Shown: positions 25,490 through 40,562 of the stretch, piece by piece | How the letters are laid out: the number at the start of each line of letters is the position of its first letter | How positions within the stretch are numbered: the first letter of the stretch is position 1 | DNA from: Mytilus trossulus | Lineage: Eukaryota | Direction: 5' to 3' | DNA: 64,000 bases | Assembly: GCF_036588685.1 (NCBI RefSeq) | Contig: NC_086386.1 | Location: forward strand, 24,800,001-24,864,000 | Notes under the pieces: generated by a model | The model's input: only the letters and a program-made list of their open reading frames with translations | Told to the model about the DNA's origin: nothing | The model's database searches: none | Position numbers and translations under genes: made by a program

Positions 25490-28400
25490 TTTTCTTTTAC
25501 TATATTTGTTGTTAATAAAGATGCATAAGTTATTGTTTTGATTATTTATTCCCTAAAATTTGCATACATCACATCACTATTAACGAAAAGATGCAAAATA
25601 AACTTACTATTCCCTTCCCATTTATTCCAAAGTAACAACATAAACCAAACATCTCATAGTTAAGCATACATGTGCCAGAGTTGTTTTATTTAAAAAAAAA
25701 GCTGGCCCTTGCATCTTCTTTTCATTGTTTGTGATATGGAATTATTTTGTACAACACTCTAATACATCATCAATTCTATAACAACAAATGGAAGTTTTTA
25801 ACAACTTTGACTGGCTATAGATAATATAAAATTGACAAAACTTACATTTAGGTCTTTGATAGATCCAAATAAACCAAACATAAGTACCTCTTTATACACT
25901 AAATTATCAATTTTGTCAGAATCAACATAATCAAATAAAACTGACAACTTTTGTTGCATAAACAGATGAAATTCTACTACTTCAGAACATAAAAGAACTT
26001 TCTTTTCACATACATCACATACTTTGTAATTCATAAGTTTCATAGTCATAAGTTTAGAATCTGTGAAAATACAATTTTTTGCTATTTTGAAATCAAGATC
26101 CATTAATATAGATGGTTTCCAATAAAAATTCACGTTTTTCCATACTTTATAAATAATATTCTCTTCAATCGCAAAAACTTCCGTCCACTTTGATAGCAAA
26201 TAGGATGCTGAAATAGTTTACTAGTAAGTTATAAATACAATTCTTCAGTGGAACACATAGAAAACTTTGAAAATGTCATTAATATTTGTAGAGCGAGAAA
26301 CATGTTTCCTATGAATAATTTTATGAATAATTTCTGTCCATTATTTAGGCAAAACAACTTTTAAAGTATTATATCTCTTTACAATACTGTTAATATCACA
26401 ACGATTAGTTACATTTTGTATCATCTCAACTATAGCCATTTCTGGTAAAGAAAACCAACCCCATAACTTCATAACATATATCTTTTACTTGAACAATTCC
26501 AGCATTTATAAAATCATACCTTCTGATAAGTTCATATTTAAAATTTTTGAAATAAAATATCTAAATGTAGACTTTCATAGCACTTTATAATTCTTGTCTT
26601 AAAACCTGGCAACAAATTTTAATCTAAATGCATACATCTTTAATTCAATATCAGGTAAATGTAAACCTCCATGATAGTTTTGATCAATGATGGTGTTATA
26701 TTTTATTAAGTGTGCACCATTATTCCACACAAAACTAACACATGCATTTTTAATATCTCGTAAAACATGATCTGGCATCGATGTTACAAACAAAGAATAC
26801 CACAATATTGACTTAAATAATGAGGAAATCACCACATTCACTCTACCCTGTATTTTCAATTGCCTCTGCATCCACATATTTAATAAGGACTTAATTTTAA
26901 TAACTTTGCCACTCCAATTTAAATGATCACAAACAGTTTTGTCTTTTCCAACATACACTCCTAACAATAAAATATTGTTTACACAAACTTGCAAATTATA
27001 TTTGTTTTTTCATTATCAGTAATGCTACCTTTGCCAATTGGCAATGTCTCTGATTTTTGCCTATTTATTTTGGCGCCTAAACTGGCCTCATTCATTTCAA
27101 AAACTCGTAAAATTGCATCAACAGAACATTTGTCAGACACAGTTAAAGTAGTGTCATCTGCGTGCTGAAAAAAAAAAGAGCTTCATCAGAAGTATTTGGA
27201 ATTTGAATACCAGATATATTCACATTTTTTCCAGTTCCAGCTGCTAAAACATAGAGAAGGGCACTTATTGGACATCCTTGTCTTATCCCATTATCAACAC
27301 AAAATAGGGTGTCAAAAATCCATTGCATTTTACACAGTTATTAATTCTTGTATAGAAAATCTCTATCCACTTGATCAATACATCACCAAACCTAAATTGC
27401 TTAAATGTTTTAAAAATTAAACTCATGACTGTCTCTGTCAAAAGCTTTCTCTTGGTCAATTTTAACAATATAGCCTTCAAGTTCATCATTTTCAACTAAA
27501 GTAATTATATCTCTTACATTAGCAATATTATTACTAATATCTCTACCAATAATACAGCAAGTTTGGTTTTCTGCTATAATAGTTGGTAATACTTTTTTAA
27601 ATCTATTTGCCATTATTCTTGCCATTATTTTATAGTCAACTTCTAACAAAGATATTGGTTTATAATTTTTCAAAATTCTTCTATCACCTTCTTTCTTATA
27701 AATTAGGCTTAAAACACCTGCTCTCATAGACCTTGACAAAATATTTTCATCATAAATACTATTATAAACATGACATTATATATTTCTTAAACAATCATAA
27801 AAGTTACTGTAAAACTCCGTTGTAAGCCCATCTGTACCGGGACTTTTGTTTTTTGACATATCCACCAAAGCATCAGTAATTTCATCATATAATAATTCTG
27901 CATCACACATGTCTTTATCGTACTGATTTATTTTTACATCAATAGAACTAATGAATTCTTCCATTTTCACATTATCTACTTTAACACAAGAATATAAATT
28001 CTTATAAAAAGAATATTCAATATCTAGTATATCATCAGGATCACTAATGACATCACCCTTGTCATTTATAAGCTCTTTTACAGCATTATTTTCTTGCTTG
28101 TATTTTTCTAAGTTGAAAAAAAATTAGTATTCTTATCACTTTCAGAAGCCCATATTGCTTTGGATCATAGAACTGAATTTTTCTAATTCATAATTATTTA
28201 ACTCACGCTTTAAGTTTTCTAATTTCGTAAAATCTATAGCAATACCGTCTGCTTGCATGGCACATATACTTTGGATTTTATTTTGCAAGTTAAAAAAATC
28301 TTTCTTTTTTTCTTTTTCCAAATTAACGGAAAAAACTTGTGAGAACTTTTTGATTCTAAACTTAAGATTATCCCATCATACAAGAGGTTAAACAGTATAC

Positions 28401-29830
28401 AATGAACTTTGAACAGCTTCATTAATTATATTCCTTGCTTTTTGAACATGTTCATCATTATGTATTAAAATGTTATTTAAAACCCATAGTCCATGTCCTT
28501 TTTCAACAGTACAAACATTGAAATGTATTATAACATATTATGGTCACTAAAACTAGTTTCGTTATAAGTCACATTTTGTAAATTAGATGACAATATTCGA
28601 CTAATAAGAAAATAGTCAATACGACTTTGTTGTAACATACCATTTGTAATTCTTTTCCAAGAAAATATCTTTTTATTTTCATTTCTACTACTCCATACAA
28701 CATATACATTACATGAATGAATTTTTCAAATAACTCTTTATAAGCTTCATCACAAATATGTTTTGATAAACCACCTCTATCTAAACTACTTAAAAGAGTG
28801 ACGAAATATACAAAAGGGAAAGTGGTACTAAAATCACCTCCAACAATGAGGTGTTCTAAACTTAATATATATTCTCTAACAAACATAAAAAAATCTGTCC
28901 TTTCGTAATAATTATTTGGAGCATATAAAGAAACTAAATTAGTCACTTTTAATAGATAATAATATGTAACATGTATAAAACGACCATTGTCATCTTTAAA
29001 AACTAACTTAACACTTTCTTTACAGTTATTACTTATCATAATAGCTACACCTTGTCGACAATTGTTACCATTACTTTCATATATTACACCTTCATAAATA
29101 TGTCTAATTCCATTGACATAGACATCTTCCCGAATTGTTTCCTCTAACAGAGAAAAACTAATATGCCTATCGTATAATACAGATATATAATTCTGAAAAT
29201 TATTTACATTTTTCAGACCATTACAATTATGTGTACATATTAATACCATTTTTCAAAGTAAGATAAGTAATATAAATTTAAACATTGCCATCATTTTAAG
29301 TATCTGAGGCCTTTTTACCAGCATTTTGTTTCCAATCTAATTTTGACTTTAACCTGTCCTTCCATCTTGCTTTTAATCGAACTCTTCATAATTGCTTGGC
29401 AGTTAAGGCCTTTGTGTTTTTATACTACCTCTACCTCATTATTCTTAACAAAACCTCCTCCGTCCGAGCTTTCATCTTCATCACAGACAGAGGCCGAGGC
29501 GTTATCACCGCAAGTGTCATTATCCTCCCCTCCTGTATCAATTTTTTCACCAGATTGAGAGGCTTCTCTTCTCACCTTTTTATGATCTATATGCTCATCT
29601 CTCCCTGTATCATTTACTTCACACAAAGAGATGACATCATTCATTTCAGTCTGACAAACAGCCTAAACATTATCATTATAACAATTTTCATCAGAAATTA
29701 CAATTTTCCTTTTTCTACTGTCTACATTTTCAGTGTTATGATTTGTAATAACATAACATCATTCAAAGATATATAGTTTTTACATAATTTATTTTGTTCA
29801 TTCGTTTTCGTTTTCAATTTCAATTTTTTA
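25490..29830 (-). mobile_element. Decayed Tx1/L1-clade LINE (end of ORF1 plus full ORF2 APE-RT)
   Basis: ORF2 starts at 29249 MVLICTHNCNGL (APE: NLVSLYAPN, IVGGDF). RT motifs NKSPGTDGLTTEFY, NYKPISLLEVDYKI, IDQEKAFDR, GIRQGCPISALLY, GRVNVV.S, GGLHLPDI. Frameshifted. Outer boundaries approximate. Confidence 0.88.
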
Positions 29831-32800
29831 TGGAAGTTCTATAGATTAGAGCTTATATCATTGGCTGATCCATGGGGGGGGGATGAAACCCCCTTTATTT
29901 TTGGTGATCAATGCAATTGAATGGGGACATATAGTTGGAACCTCCCCTTTGTCCTGGGATGGTGGTCTATATAACCCTGTTATTAGCCATTTTCTATTAT
30001 TGACAAATAGGTCTACACAAATTGATTCTACTGAGTTAAGCAGTCATGAAATAGTATTAATAACCAATGAAATACCGTTTACAGATTTACCACATTCCAG
30101 ACGTCCAGCCTATGACTAATCAGACCGTATCACCATGGTGATACGGTAATAAAGGGTATGATATAGGGTGCACATCTACACACTACTATATATTGCATAT
30201 AGTCATCAATAATAAATATAAAGTCGCCCTTGTTATCATGTTGGACAATCTTACGTCCATTTTTGGTGCATATGTTTTCACCCTTAATGAAAAGTACATT
30301 TAAAACAATCATACTCAGCATTAAAAAAAACTTTTATGCCCTTTTTATTTATTTTTTACGTTTATTGCTTCGTGTGATACGATCAGTTTTAAGACGCAAA
30401 CAAAATAAAACATAAAATAAAGGAGGAAGTAGTGTTTGGTAGTGTAATCTTTCGACTTTTTATTGTGATGGCACTTGACATTTTTGTAATTACTGCTTTA
30501 TTTTACATTACTTAGACCTTCAAATGTAAATCCGGTTATGTTTCGTTCGTATATTAAATAATCTATTTTTATAGAATTTGATTGATGAGACTGTCGTTAA
30601 ATTGAGTGGATTAGCCCTATAAAATCAGGTTCAATCCACCATTTTCTACATTTGAAATTGTCTGTCCCTAGTAAGGAATATGACTGATGTTGTCCATTCG
30701 ATTGATATGTTTTTTCATTTGATTTTGCCATTAGATTAGGGATATCCGATTGAATTTTCTTCGGAGTTCAGTATTATTGTGATTTACTTTCCACTTCATA
30801 CCTTAAATATATCAGTGTTTTGTATCATGCCTTAGCGCCTTCAAAATGATAGATTTGATCAAAATTGATAATTAGATGAACAGCTTACTTATTTTTGGAA
30901 TACAGTTATTTTGCAATTTAAATTAGTTACTTACCGGGAAACATGACAATTCATTTTTTTAGGGGCAACATATTTAATATGTTTTATGAAAGAACTTCAA
31001 GTTAACGTAAGGTTCTAAATAATTATAAAAGAATGTGAAATGGGTAAATGCATTTACTATAAATCCCGGTATCATTTCTGCAGTGTGTGTGTGGTGTATA
31101 TATTTTTTCAATTTTTTGGGGGAGGAGGGGGGGAGTAGAACAAGTCCTAGTTTCGAAATCCTGAGCTTAAAAAACTTGAAATCCCGAGGTTTGGAATTTA
31201 AAAAAATTTAAATCCGACATCCTGAAATTCGCAAAAAAGATTTTCCGAATCCCGAAGGATCAATCTCGAGTTTAAAAAACACCCCATCCGGACGTCTCTC
31301 AAAATGTCCAGATTCCCCTCTATTTCCTTATGAAATCTTTTTTTTCTTTTTGACTCTCACAACATGTCTTGTTGATTTATTGTTAATTTGATTTTGTCAA
31401 GCATCATTGGTAAAATTAAATGCGCGAAATTTAAGCAATACACTTCGAACTCCAAAATGAAATGTGTTGTTTTCATTTCAAATAATCCTCGAAAACCCTC
31501 AAAATTCTGTTTGGATGGCAAGGAAATAGCGATGCGGAGGGTGGTCGATGTGGAGTTATGAATCGCATATCGAATTTCCGGCTCAATCTTGTGCCAAAAG
31601 CAAAAAAAAGGGGATGATTAAGTGCAAATGATTCAAGAAAGCTCCCATATGAACACATAATTTTTGTTATTAATTGAAAATAAGTTTATTGATATCTAAA
31701 TGATAAACGCTTTTACTACCGGCAAAAAGTTAACCTTTTAATTAACCATACTCATGTCTATAATAGCGCATTGTCGATTAGGGCATTTATATAAATGTTA
31801 CAATTATATTATGAATGTATAAATAAATATAACCAAAAAGGGAAGGAAAGGGTATTACAGATTTACATATTTTCTCATTATCATATGAAAAAAAAGTATA
31901 TTCTCATTGACACACTGCATGTGTTAATAAAACCGGTGTTATATCTTAGAAGTTAAACGAGTTCCTATAGGACATTTTCTATACCTAGTGCAGTGCAACC
32001 TATTATCCGCAAATAAAAAACCTTAATGTCCAAGGAAATGTGTGCACTGTGTATTGCTTTCGTAATATTATCTTAGTATTCCGTGACTTGAATTACATCG
32101 TAGGTGTATTAATCGGCTTTGGTTTTTGTTATGCATGCACAAATACTAAAATATTACAACCACTATTGGGATGATTATACATGAATGTTGGTATAGTTAT
32201 TCATTTGCCCCTTATACATCAAAATCTTGTAATGACAGAAAGAAAATTGGAAGGTTTACGTCTGAATGATAGTTCATCGTATCGTATAAGCTCGGGTTTT
32301 TAACTGTTGTTTTGTAGCTGTTCTGCGGACAATTATCTAAATTTTCGTTTAATCATCAATAAAAATAATGCCTTTACTTCTGGTATTCCAAACATTCGTT
32401 TCTTCACATAGAAACAACTATTCGTTACTCTGAGCAACGAATTCTTTATATGACGAATAAATATATCTATAACTATCGTTATGTCATAATTCAATTCTCT
32501 ATCCAACAATATGTATTGCTTTTTACTTAGTAGGGTTTGTTTTGATAGACTTAAGTGTCCTACATACTTTGTAAAACTTGTTCATGCTTTTGACGCCGTT
32601 TATTGTGTGTCTCGTTGTTCCCTGTTTATCTCGGTTAATAAATTTGAAATGTCTTCAAGGTATATACCGCTGATCCTTTTCAAGCAAATAATAATTACAA
32701 AAAATCATCAATAAGTAAACGACTATGTTATATTGCTAAAATTCGCATTCAATTTGAGAGACTCAACGATTTGGATTTTTGTATCGTATGAACTGGTCAT

Positions 32801-33251
32801 TATTAAAAACCGTAATGTATCATTAACATTAGAAAGGTTGCCATAGCTCGAGATGTTTTGTGGATGTCTTTTTCAAAAGGAGATATAGGTAAAACAGGAA
32901 GAACACTGCGATTCAAATAAGAAAACATTACCACAAATTTAATCAGTGCACATTAAGATGTCAATCAAAGTTATTACCCCTTCTCTATTTGAAAATCTAC
33001 ATATACTTTATGTTAGAACATCTTTACCTTTAAATGTTCATTTCTGGTATTTTCAAGATCATGATAACATCTGTTGGTCTAAAGCAATGCTTTTCACTTG
33101 GTTTAGAAAAAAAGACAATTTTACCGATAAACATCTTAAAATGCTTTCTATGCATTAACATTTCTATTACATTTTTAACTGCAAACAATTGCGTCCTTTT
33201 TTTCATTTGATGTGGAAGAAAAATGAATATACATGACATTGATTTAGAGAA

Positions 33252-36159
33252 TATAAACTGTTGTTCCATTATACATTTATCCACACACCTTTGATTGAAA
33301 AAACTTCAACGTCAGAGTTGTAGCAGCAGAGCCTTATATTATTTATAAAGGTAAGTGTTTGTGTTTTCGTAAGTATTTTCTTCAATAATTGCTACAGTTG
33401 AAATTAAAAGGACTTACATAAGTGATTTAGCAAAACTATTCTTTTCAGAAAATAAGTTGTATAAAACAAAAAATTGTTCAACCTTTTTTGTTTTTTCCTT
33501 TACATTTTGTAGTATTGCGCTGTTTTGTTTACACAAATATTATACTGAATTCTTTTTCATACATTCATTTATTTTGTAAGTTCAGTATAAAATAATCAAC
33601 CAACATCTCTTGTGGAGAGTTGTCTCATTGGCAAACATCCCACATCTTCTTTTGTTACATCATAAATGTCGTTAATGATGTAATATACTAAGCTTTCAAA
33701 TTGTTTTGATTTGTCTAAAGCAAAGTGTCAGAGCTCCCGCGTTGACATAAACTAATATTGATACACTCACTCCCGGTATATTTTTCTGTTTATTAACCAC
33801 ACGTAGTGTTCAAAGCCATATGGTGTTTTTACTTCTTGGATATAATCGAGGGATTGATTTGGTTAGGTTTTACTTTTTCATTTTTTAAATTTATTTTTGA
33901 GGCCTATATTTGTGTTGATACTTTTTTACTGAAAAAGATGAATGCATGTTTAAACATATGTTTAAATGTATGCATGTACGATGTTCCCTTATGGATTTTT
34001 ATCTCTTTAAGAATCATATGTATATACATATTATTCAGGTAATTTTCTTTCTTGCAGATACGCTTATCAACTTCAAAGACAATTATAATGACTTCTATTC
34101 TAACCGGGTTCTTGTTTGCGTGGATGTGTCTTGATAGTACTGGTCAGATTTTAATTTATATAAATAGTGTTTCAAGAAAATCCTGTTGCTTAATCTGACT
34201 AAAAATTACGACTATCATTTACTAAACAAAAAGATTGCTTGTCATAGGATTATTTTATGATTGCAAAACATTTAACTTTAGACAGATCAGCCACTAAAAT
34301 AATGTTAAAACGAGTCTTGCACAGAGTTCACTTCGACCATCCTTGTTTAAACAATGAGAGTTAACATTTGCCTTGGTCCACCATTTACTATTTCAACTTC
34401 TGTCTGGGGCTAGCTTGCATTGGTTGTAAACATACAATTAATTGTCCATGTTTCTTCTCAAATACATTACAATATGCATTCAATCTTAACTGAAATTTCC
34501 GATTTGCCTTTTGCATATCGAAAACGATTTTGTTACTCTTTAAAAATAAGTTTACGTACATTGCATAATGAAACGAAGACCATATTCTTCAAGTCATAAA
34601 AGATTTTGGTCAAAGGCAAAGTTTTAAACAGTTCTATCATGTAGCAGTCCGTAAATATTCATAAGCTTACAGTTTAATTACAATAGCATCGCATAACAAG
34701 GTTATCGTACGTATTCTAAAAAGAAATGTATCTATGGCAATATTTAACATTTACTTACGGGGTGATATAAACATGCTTAATGACAGTAATGTGGATGTAC
34801 AACAAAAAAACTGATGGTCGTCTTAGGTTTAGAGTCTTATTATTTCTTCTTGTTATTAAAACAAAAATGAACCTGCATTAAGATTCCGTAGTTTTAATAT
34901 GTCAGGATAGTTTTGCTCGCATTAATCAAAAACAAAAATGTAGATGTTGGTATTACCAATCAACAAATATAGTTTGATGTATTGACTAATATAATAATTA
35001 GTTTTAAATTACACAATTATGTCGGCTAAAAGATCCACTTTGACACAGTTATGTTGTCTTTACGATATAACTTTACACAATTATGTCGACGTTAAGATTT
35101 AACTTTACATATTTCAATTCATAATGCTGAACCGATACTCAAAATAGAAGTTTTGATATTTTAACTTGTTTTTTAGTGACAACGTTTGTCCCCCATAGAC
35201 AATTTGTACTCATAATTTAACTATGTGCCGATATCATTAATTAATACATTTTGCTACTTTGATGGCCAATATTTTTTCCCTGAAATATATAAAACATCCA
35301 TACTAAAGAAAAATCGCCTAACGAGAGCTTCGTAATTTTTCTTTTATCGTTTTAAAGATTAACTTCATCTATTGATCATTATATAATTAGCCTTACAAAA
35401 GTAAAACTGCAACCAGTTCATTGTATACTTACTTTAAACACATACTTTGATTGGTTTTTTTAAGAGAAGGGATAAAGTTCATATTGCTAGCACAATCATG
35501 TACAACTCTAAACAAAAAAGCTTTGAAATGCAGGAAAATTTAATTACTGTGAAGAACTCGCAAAATAGCTATCTAAGTTCAAAATTTCTTATAACGTATA
35601 AATGTTAAATGGTATAAATTGTGTAATAAATCTTACGATGAAATACCAGATTCTGATTGGTTAATACGAGGGGAGAACATTTTCTCTCTCGCTGGCCATG
35701 AGGGTTAGCATAAATAACATACATCTCGTCACTTTTGTCACATTTCTTATCAATTTTAAAGTAACGGATGATAGAGCAAATGGTCACCCATCGGAAAATA
35801 TTGTCTATATTGCCTCGCCTTGGTTGACAATCTTATTTCGAAGAAAGAAGCTGCTATCCAACCCTTTCTGATTAAAATTATTTAAAGTCAATTTATTTTT
35901 AAAAGGCAAACTGTATGTTCGTTTATGTATGTGTATATTTTACCTGTTTCAAAATATGTTTTAAATCTTTTTTTCAGCTGCATTTTCACTGTCATTACAA
36001 TCAGGCAATATCACCCTACGCCATACAGTGGACCAAAACATATTTGAAGTGAATACTATTGAACAAAGTTTACCATTTTTATATTGCTACAGTTTTTTAT
36101 CGAGTAATAAGCTATCAAATGCATTTAAAGCGCTATTTAGACTTTTGATTACCTTATGA
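33252..36159 (+). pseudogene. C1qDC paralog with the C1q domain deleted
   Basis: TATAAA 33252-33257; non-coding exon 1 ending 33350 (AAG|GTAAGT); exon 2 34058-34142 with ATG at 34088 (MTSILTGFLFAWMCLDST, donor GTCAGA); exon 3 acceptor 35977/35978 (AAFSLSLQSG), then a jump after 36007 straight into 3'UTR-homologous sequence; AATAAA mutated. Confidence 0.85.
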
Positions 36160-38010
36160 CTAAAACAAAAAAATATATTGCATGTATGTCTGGCCTTTGT
36201 TAGTCTTGTATTATTTAAATTTTAGTTTCTTGTGTACAATTTGGAAATTAGTATGGCGTTGATTATCACTGAACTAGTATATATTTGTTTAGGGGTCAGC
36301 TGAAGGACGACTCCGGGTGCGGGAATTTCTCGCTACATTAAAGACCTGTTGGTGACCTTCTGCTGTTGTTTTTTTTATTTAGTCGGGTTGTTGTCTCTTT
36401 GACACATTTCCCATTTCCATTCTCAATTTTATTATAAATGAATTGTAACTTATTTAGTTATCTGAATTTCCGTTTTGTAATACAAATATTTTTCTTATTC
36501 TTACACGATTCATCCTTTTCCTTGTTTAATCTCACTACTGTTTCAGTAAATATTCGATTGTGTCGTCAAATTTTCTTGCCCCTCCTTTAAATTTCCTACT
36601 ACCACAAAGAGAAAAAGGCGACCATGCTTGATGATGTCACATAGAAAGAGGAAGGATTGAGTTTGTCTGCATATTGTTTAAAAATCATTAGTAAGTGCAA
36701 TACGATGTTTATCCACTTTTGACAGTTAGTTATAAAGTATTCAAAACGCTCGGCGACTCTTTTGGTACAATTAAATAATTATCATGTTCTAGCCTGCACA
36801 CAAGTACCATAATGCTGCTTTGAGAAGAAGTGAATCTTACAGTTTTAACAATATAATAACATGAATACCATACAGCAACATATATACGTACAACTATGCT
36901 GTGAAATGTCGTGTACATCATAGATATATACCGAGGGATAGGTATGTCTAAATAAGAATTCCCGTCAGCCGGAGGCCGGAATGGTTTCTTATCAAGAAAT
37001 GCCGTATCACGAGGTGTATAACTTACTTACATATATGAGACAACTATCCACATGAAGACCAAAATGACACAAACATGAACAACTATAGGTCACCGTACGT
37101 TCTTCAACAATGAGCAAAGCCCATACCGCAGTCAGCTATAAAAGGCCCCGAGAAGACAAATTTAAACAATTCAAACGAGAAAACTAACGGCCTTATTTAT
37201 GTAAAAAAAAATGAATGAAAAACAAATATGTAACACATAAAAAAACGACAACCACTGAATTACAGGCTCCCGACTTGGGACAGAAACATACATAAATAAT
37301 GTGGAGGGGTTAAACCCTATTCTTAACCCTATATTTGTAAACATTGATTATGAAATTAAAAAAAAACGACTAACAGACACGCAAATCTAATATTTGAGAA
37401 CTTTCTTTTTGTGAGAAATCAGGTGCTGATTCGTAACAACGCATCAGTTCAATTTACTCTAGCATCTATGATATAACGTGAAGCAATCTGAATAGACGAA
37501 TTACCAGCAGCTATTTGGACATTTATTTGGGCTTAAATACATTTTGATAGTTTGTTGGTTTTTTTCTTCTTATTGTTTTCTATTGATTAATAAATAATTT
37601 ATTTCTTCTTTTAGTTGATTATGTGCTAGTTATTAAGAACAAATCACTGAGACAATTCTTCGTCCGTTCGTCTTTGACAATGCCATACGCAATATTCAAT
37701 TTCTAGTTTATAGCATCATAAGTTTGTCGTCTATTTTTACTGAATATAAACAATAAAATGCGGTATCATTGCCATTTAGACAACTCTTCACAAGAAACAA
37801 AATGACATGGAAATTGGAAATATAGTTTACTCTACGGCTTTAAACAATAATAAAACTAATACTCCATAGTCGGCTCGAAAAGGCACCAAAATGACACTAG
37901 CAAAACAAGTCACAAAGAGAATAACAACTTCTAATTAATGAAGGACAAAATGAACGAAAATCAAATATGTGCCGCATGAACATACGACAATCAGTTAATT
38001 ACAGGCTCCT

Positions 38011-39061
38011 CAGTCAGGATTCTACTTCGTCAAAATTATCTCCCCATTACGCAAGTTCATTTTCAAAATCGTTAAAACGGAAGCCATTGTAGGGATAACG
38101 CGCTACCAATTTTGCTTTTGGAAACCGATAAATTTATCCACATTGCACCATTACGATCCTTATATGTCAGTTGTATTTTTAAAGACAAATGTATCAACTA
38201 GTTAATGAGCATCAGTTAATAATCTTGTCTGCATTTATTCAACTTAAAACTTTTGTCTGATCGGTTGTCTGGTGGAATTAAATATTTCCTGGAAGGGCAG
38301 ACTAGATTTGTTTAGTGTATGAAGACTATAAACTCTAGTTATCACACACAAAAAAAATAGAATTTTTCGAAGATATGCATTTTCATCATCCAACTTGAAA
38401 GACTGTCGTCAAGTAGTTTCAGTAAAAAATAGCTTTTCTAACACACCTTCTCTGTTTTTGTGACTCATTAGATAGGGATTTTACTTGACCCATATACTTC
38501 ATCTTTTAGTGCTGTGATTTTTTTGTGTTATAAAGCCAACCTGTAGCTTTAATATAAATAAATGATAGAATCTGAAGCGAGACGATGTATGAAATATTCT
38601 TACTTTGTACGATTTCAAGACAAAATACTCAACTCAAACACGCCGTAACATAAAAAGGTGCACTAGATTTTCTCTTTTCGATACAATTGTTACCCATTTG
38701 TGATTGTTTAATTCAGTCACATAATGGCAGGTCAGACACGAAAATTACTGAACTAATAGATTGATATGTTTTCTGTCCGTGGTAGTTTTTTCCAAAGAAA
38801 ATCGGAGGTTATGCATTTTTTTCATCTAACTTGAAAGATACCCATTTCGTCGACTTGATATATAATTGTTCTGCTTAACTATGTACTAGATAAATTAAAA
38901 ACTTATGCACATGGTGTTTTTAAAATAAAACACCTCGTAATTGAGAAGAAAACTGCAATTTTGTTTGTGTCTATCAACTTTTAAAAATGTTGTCACTATG
39001 CTTAGTAGTAAACAATACAAAATTCATTTATTTTGTTCTATTGTAACCTGGTTTCAGACTG
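38011..39061. mobile_element. 1051-bp non-autonomous TIR element with 4-bp TSD; superfamily unassigned
   Basis: TCCT TSD (38007-38010, 39062-39065); termini CAGTC...GACTG; the other arm has an empty site with a single TCCT at about 48593-48596 (-). Confidence 0.75.
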
Positions 39062-40562
39062 TCCTTACTTGGGACAGGCACACAAATCCATACAGAATGC
39101 AGCGGGGTTAAGCATGTTAGCGGAACCATAACCCTCTACTATTCTGGGACAGTGGTGTCAAAGTTTTTTTAGTTCTTTTTTTGAACTATTTGATTTTATT
39201 TTTTTTTGGTTGTTATGAATATTCATGGCTGGATGTGGAAATTAACTCATAATAAACACCAGGGTTAAACTTTTATATTTGGAACAGATGCACGTTTCGT
39301 CTACAAAAAAAATTGAAGAGCATTGAATTCCTAATTTTTTTTCCAAATACAGCTAAGACAATATATGGCTGACGTAGAAAAGTATTTTCAAAACAAAATC
39401 AAAGTTTAGTAAACAGCTAATTTATAATTATGAATATATGGATGATAATTCAAGTCAACACAAAAGTTCTGACTACTCGGCAGGTGATACACTCGGTGAA
39501 CTCTACTTACACTGACATAGACCAAGTGGTTGTAAAGAAAATCATTATAGATATCAGGATTGAAATCTTATGTTTGGGACAGATACGCGTTTCTGTTGTC
39601 TACAAAAGACAGGCGAAAGATATATATACCAGAGGGACAGTCACTCATATATCGAGAATAAACTGACACTGCCTAGGTTGAAAATGAACAAGACACATGT
39701 CATATCATAGAAAAACTAAAGACTTCACAACACGATCAACACCAAAAATTCGGGGTGATCTCTGTTCGTTTTTGATGCGTTTTGTTATTTGATTTTGCCA
39801 TGTGATTATGGACTTTCCGTATTGATTTTCCTCTGAGTTCAGTATTTTTGTGATTTTACTTTTTGCTCGGGAATAATAAACTGATCCTGCTCAACATGTG
39901 GCACCTGAAGTGTTGTTTATGTTATGACAAACCCAGTATAAAAAGTCTAATTTGTTAGGTTCAATTGTATTTACGACGTTAGAAACACATACGATATCAT
40001 CTGTGAAACGGTAATTCCATAACGTTCAACCAACCCATGATGGCGTCCGTAACAATTACGTTGGGAAATTCACAATTTGGAACTCTTGTTTAACAGTCTC
40101 CTTGTAAGTAGCAAACCTCTATTAAGATAATCATGATTTGAAATACAAAGACGGGGATATCGTATCAATCTGGAGATATATACTCCGTATGTAGGCGCTG
40201 CTGCAATGTTGCTTCTCAGATATGTAAGTTCACAATTGGCAAGCTAAAATCATCTCTTTTGTCATAAAGTATACAAAGTCAGGAATCTGATGTACAGTAG
40301 TTGTCTTTTGTTTATGTAATATATACGTGTTTCTCGTTTCTCGTTTTGTTTATATATATTAGACCGTTGGTTTTCCCGTTTGAATGGTTTTACACTAATA
40401 ATTTTGGGGCCCTTTATAGCTTGTTGTTCGTTGTGAGCCAAGGCTCCGTGTTGAAGGCCGAACTTTAACCTATAATGGTTTATTTTTTAAATTGTTATTT
40501 GGATGGAGAGTTGTCTCATTGGCACTCACACCACATCTTCCTATATCTAAAGACTCACCAGC

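Larger units (their letters stand above)
30038..40278 (+). repeat. Left arm of a large inverted segmental duplication
   Basis: Collinear reverse-complement homology with 47518-61018 at many anchors, e.g. 30181-30290 vs 59341-59440, 33251-33356 vs 55481-55585, 34050-34145 vs 54945-55040, 40231-40278 vs 47518-47565. Confidence 0.92.
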
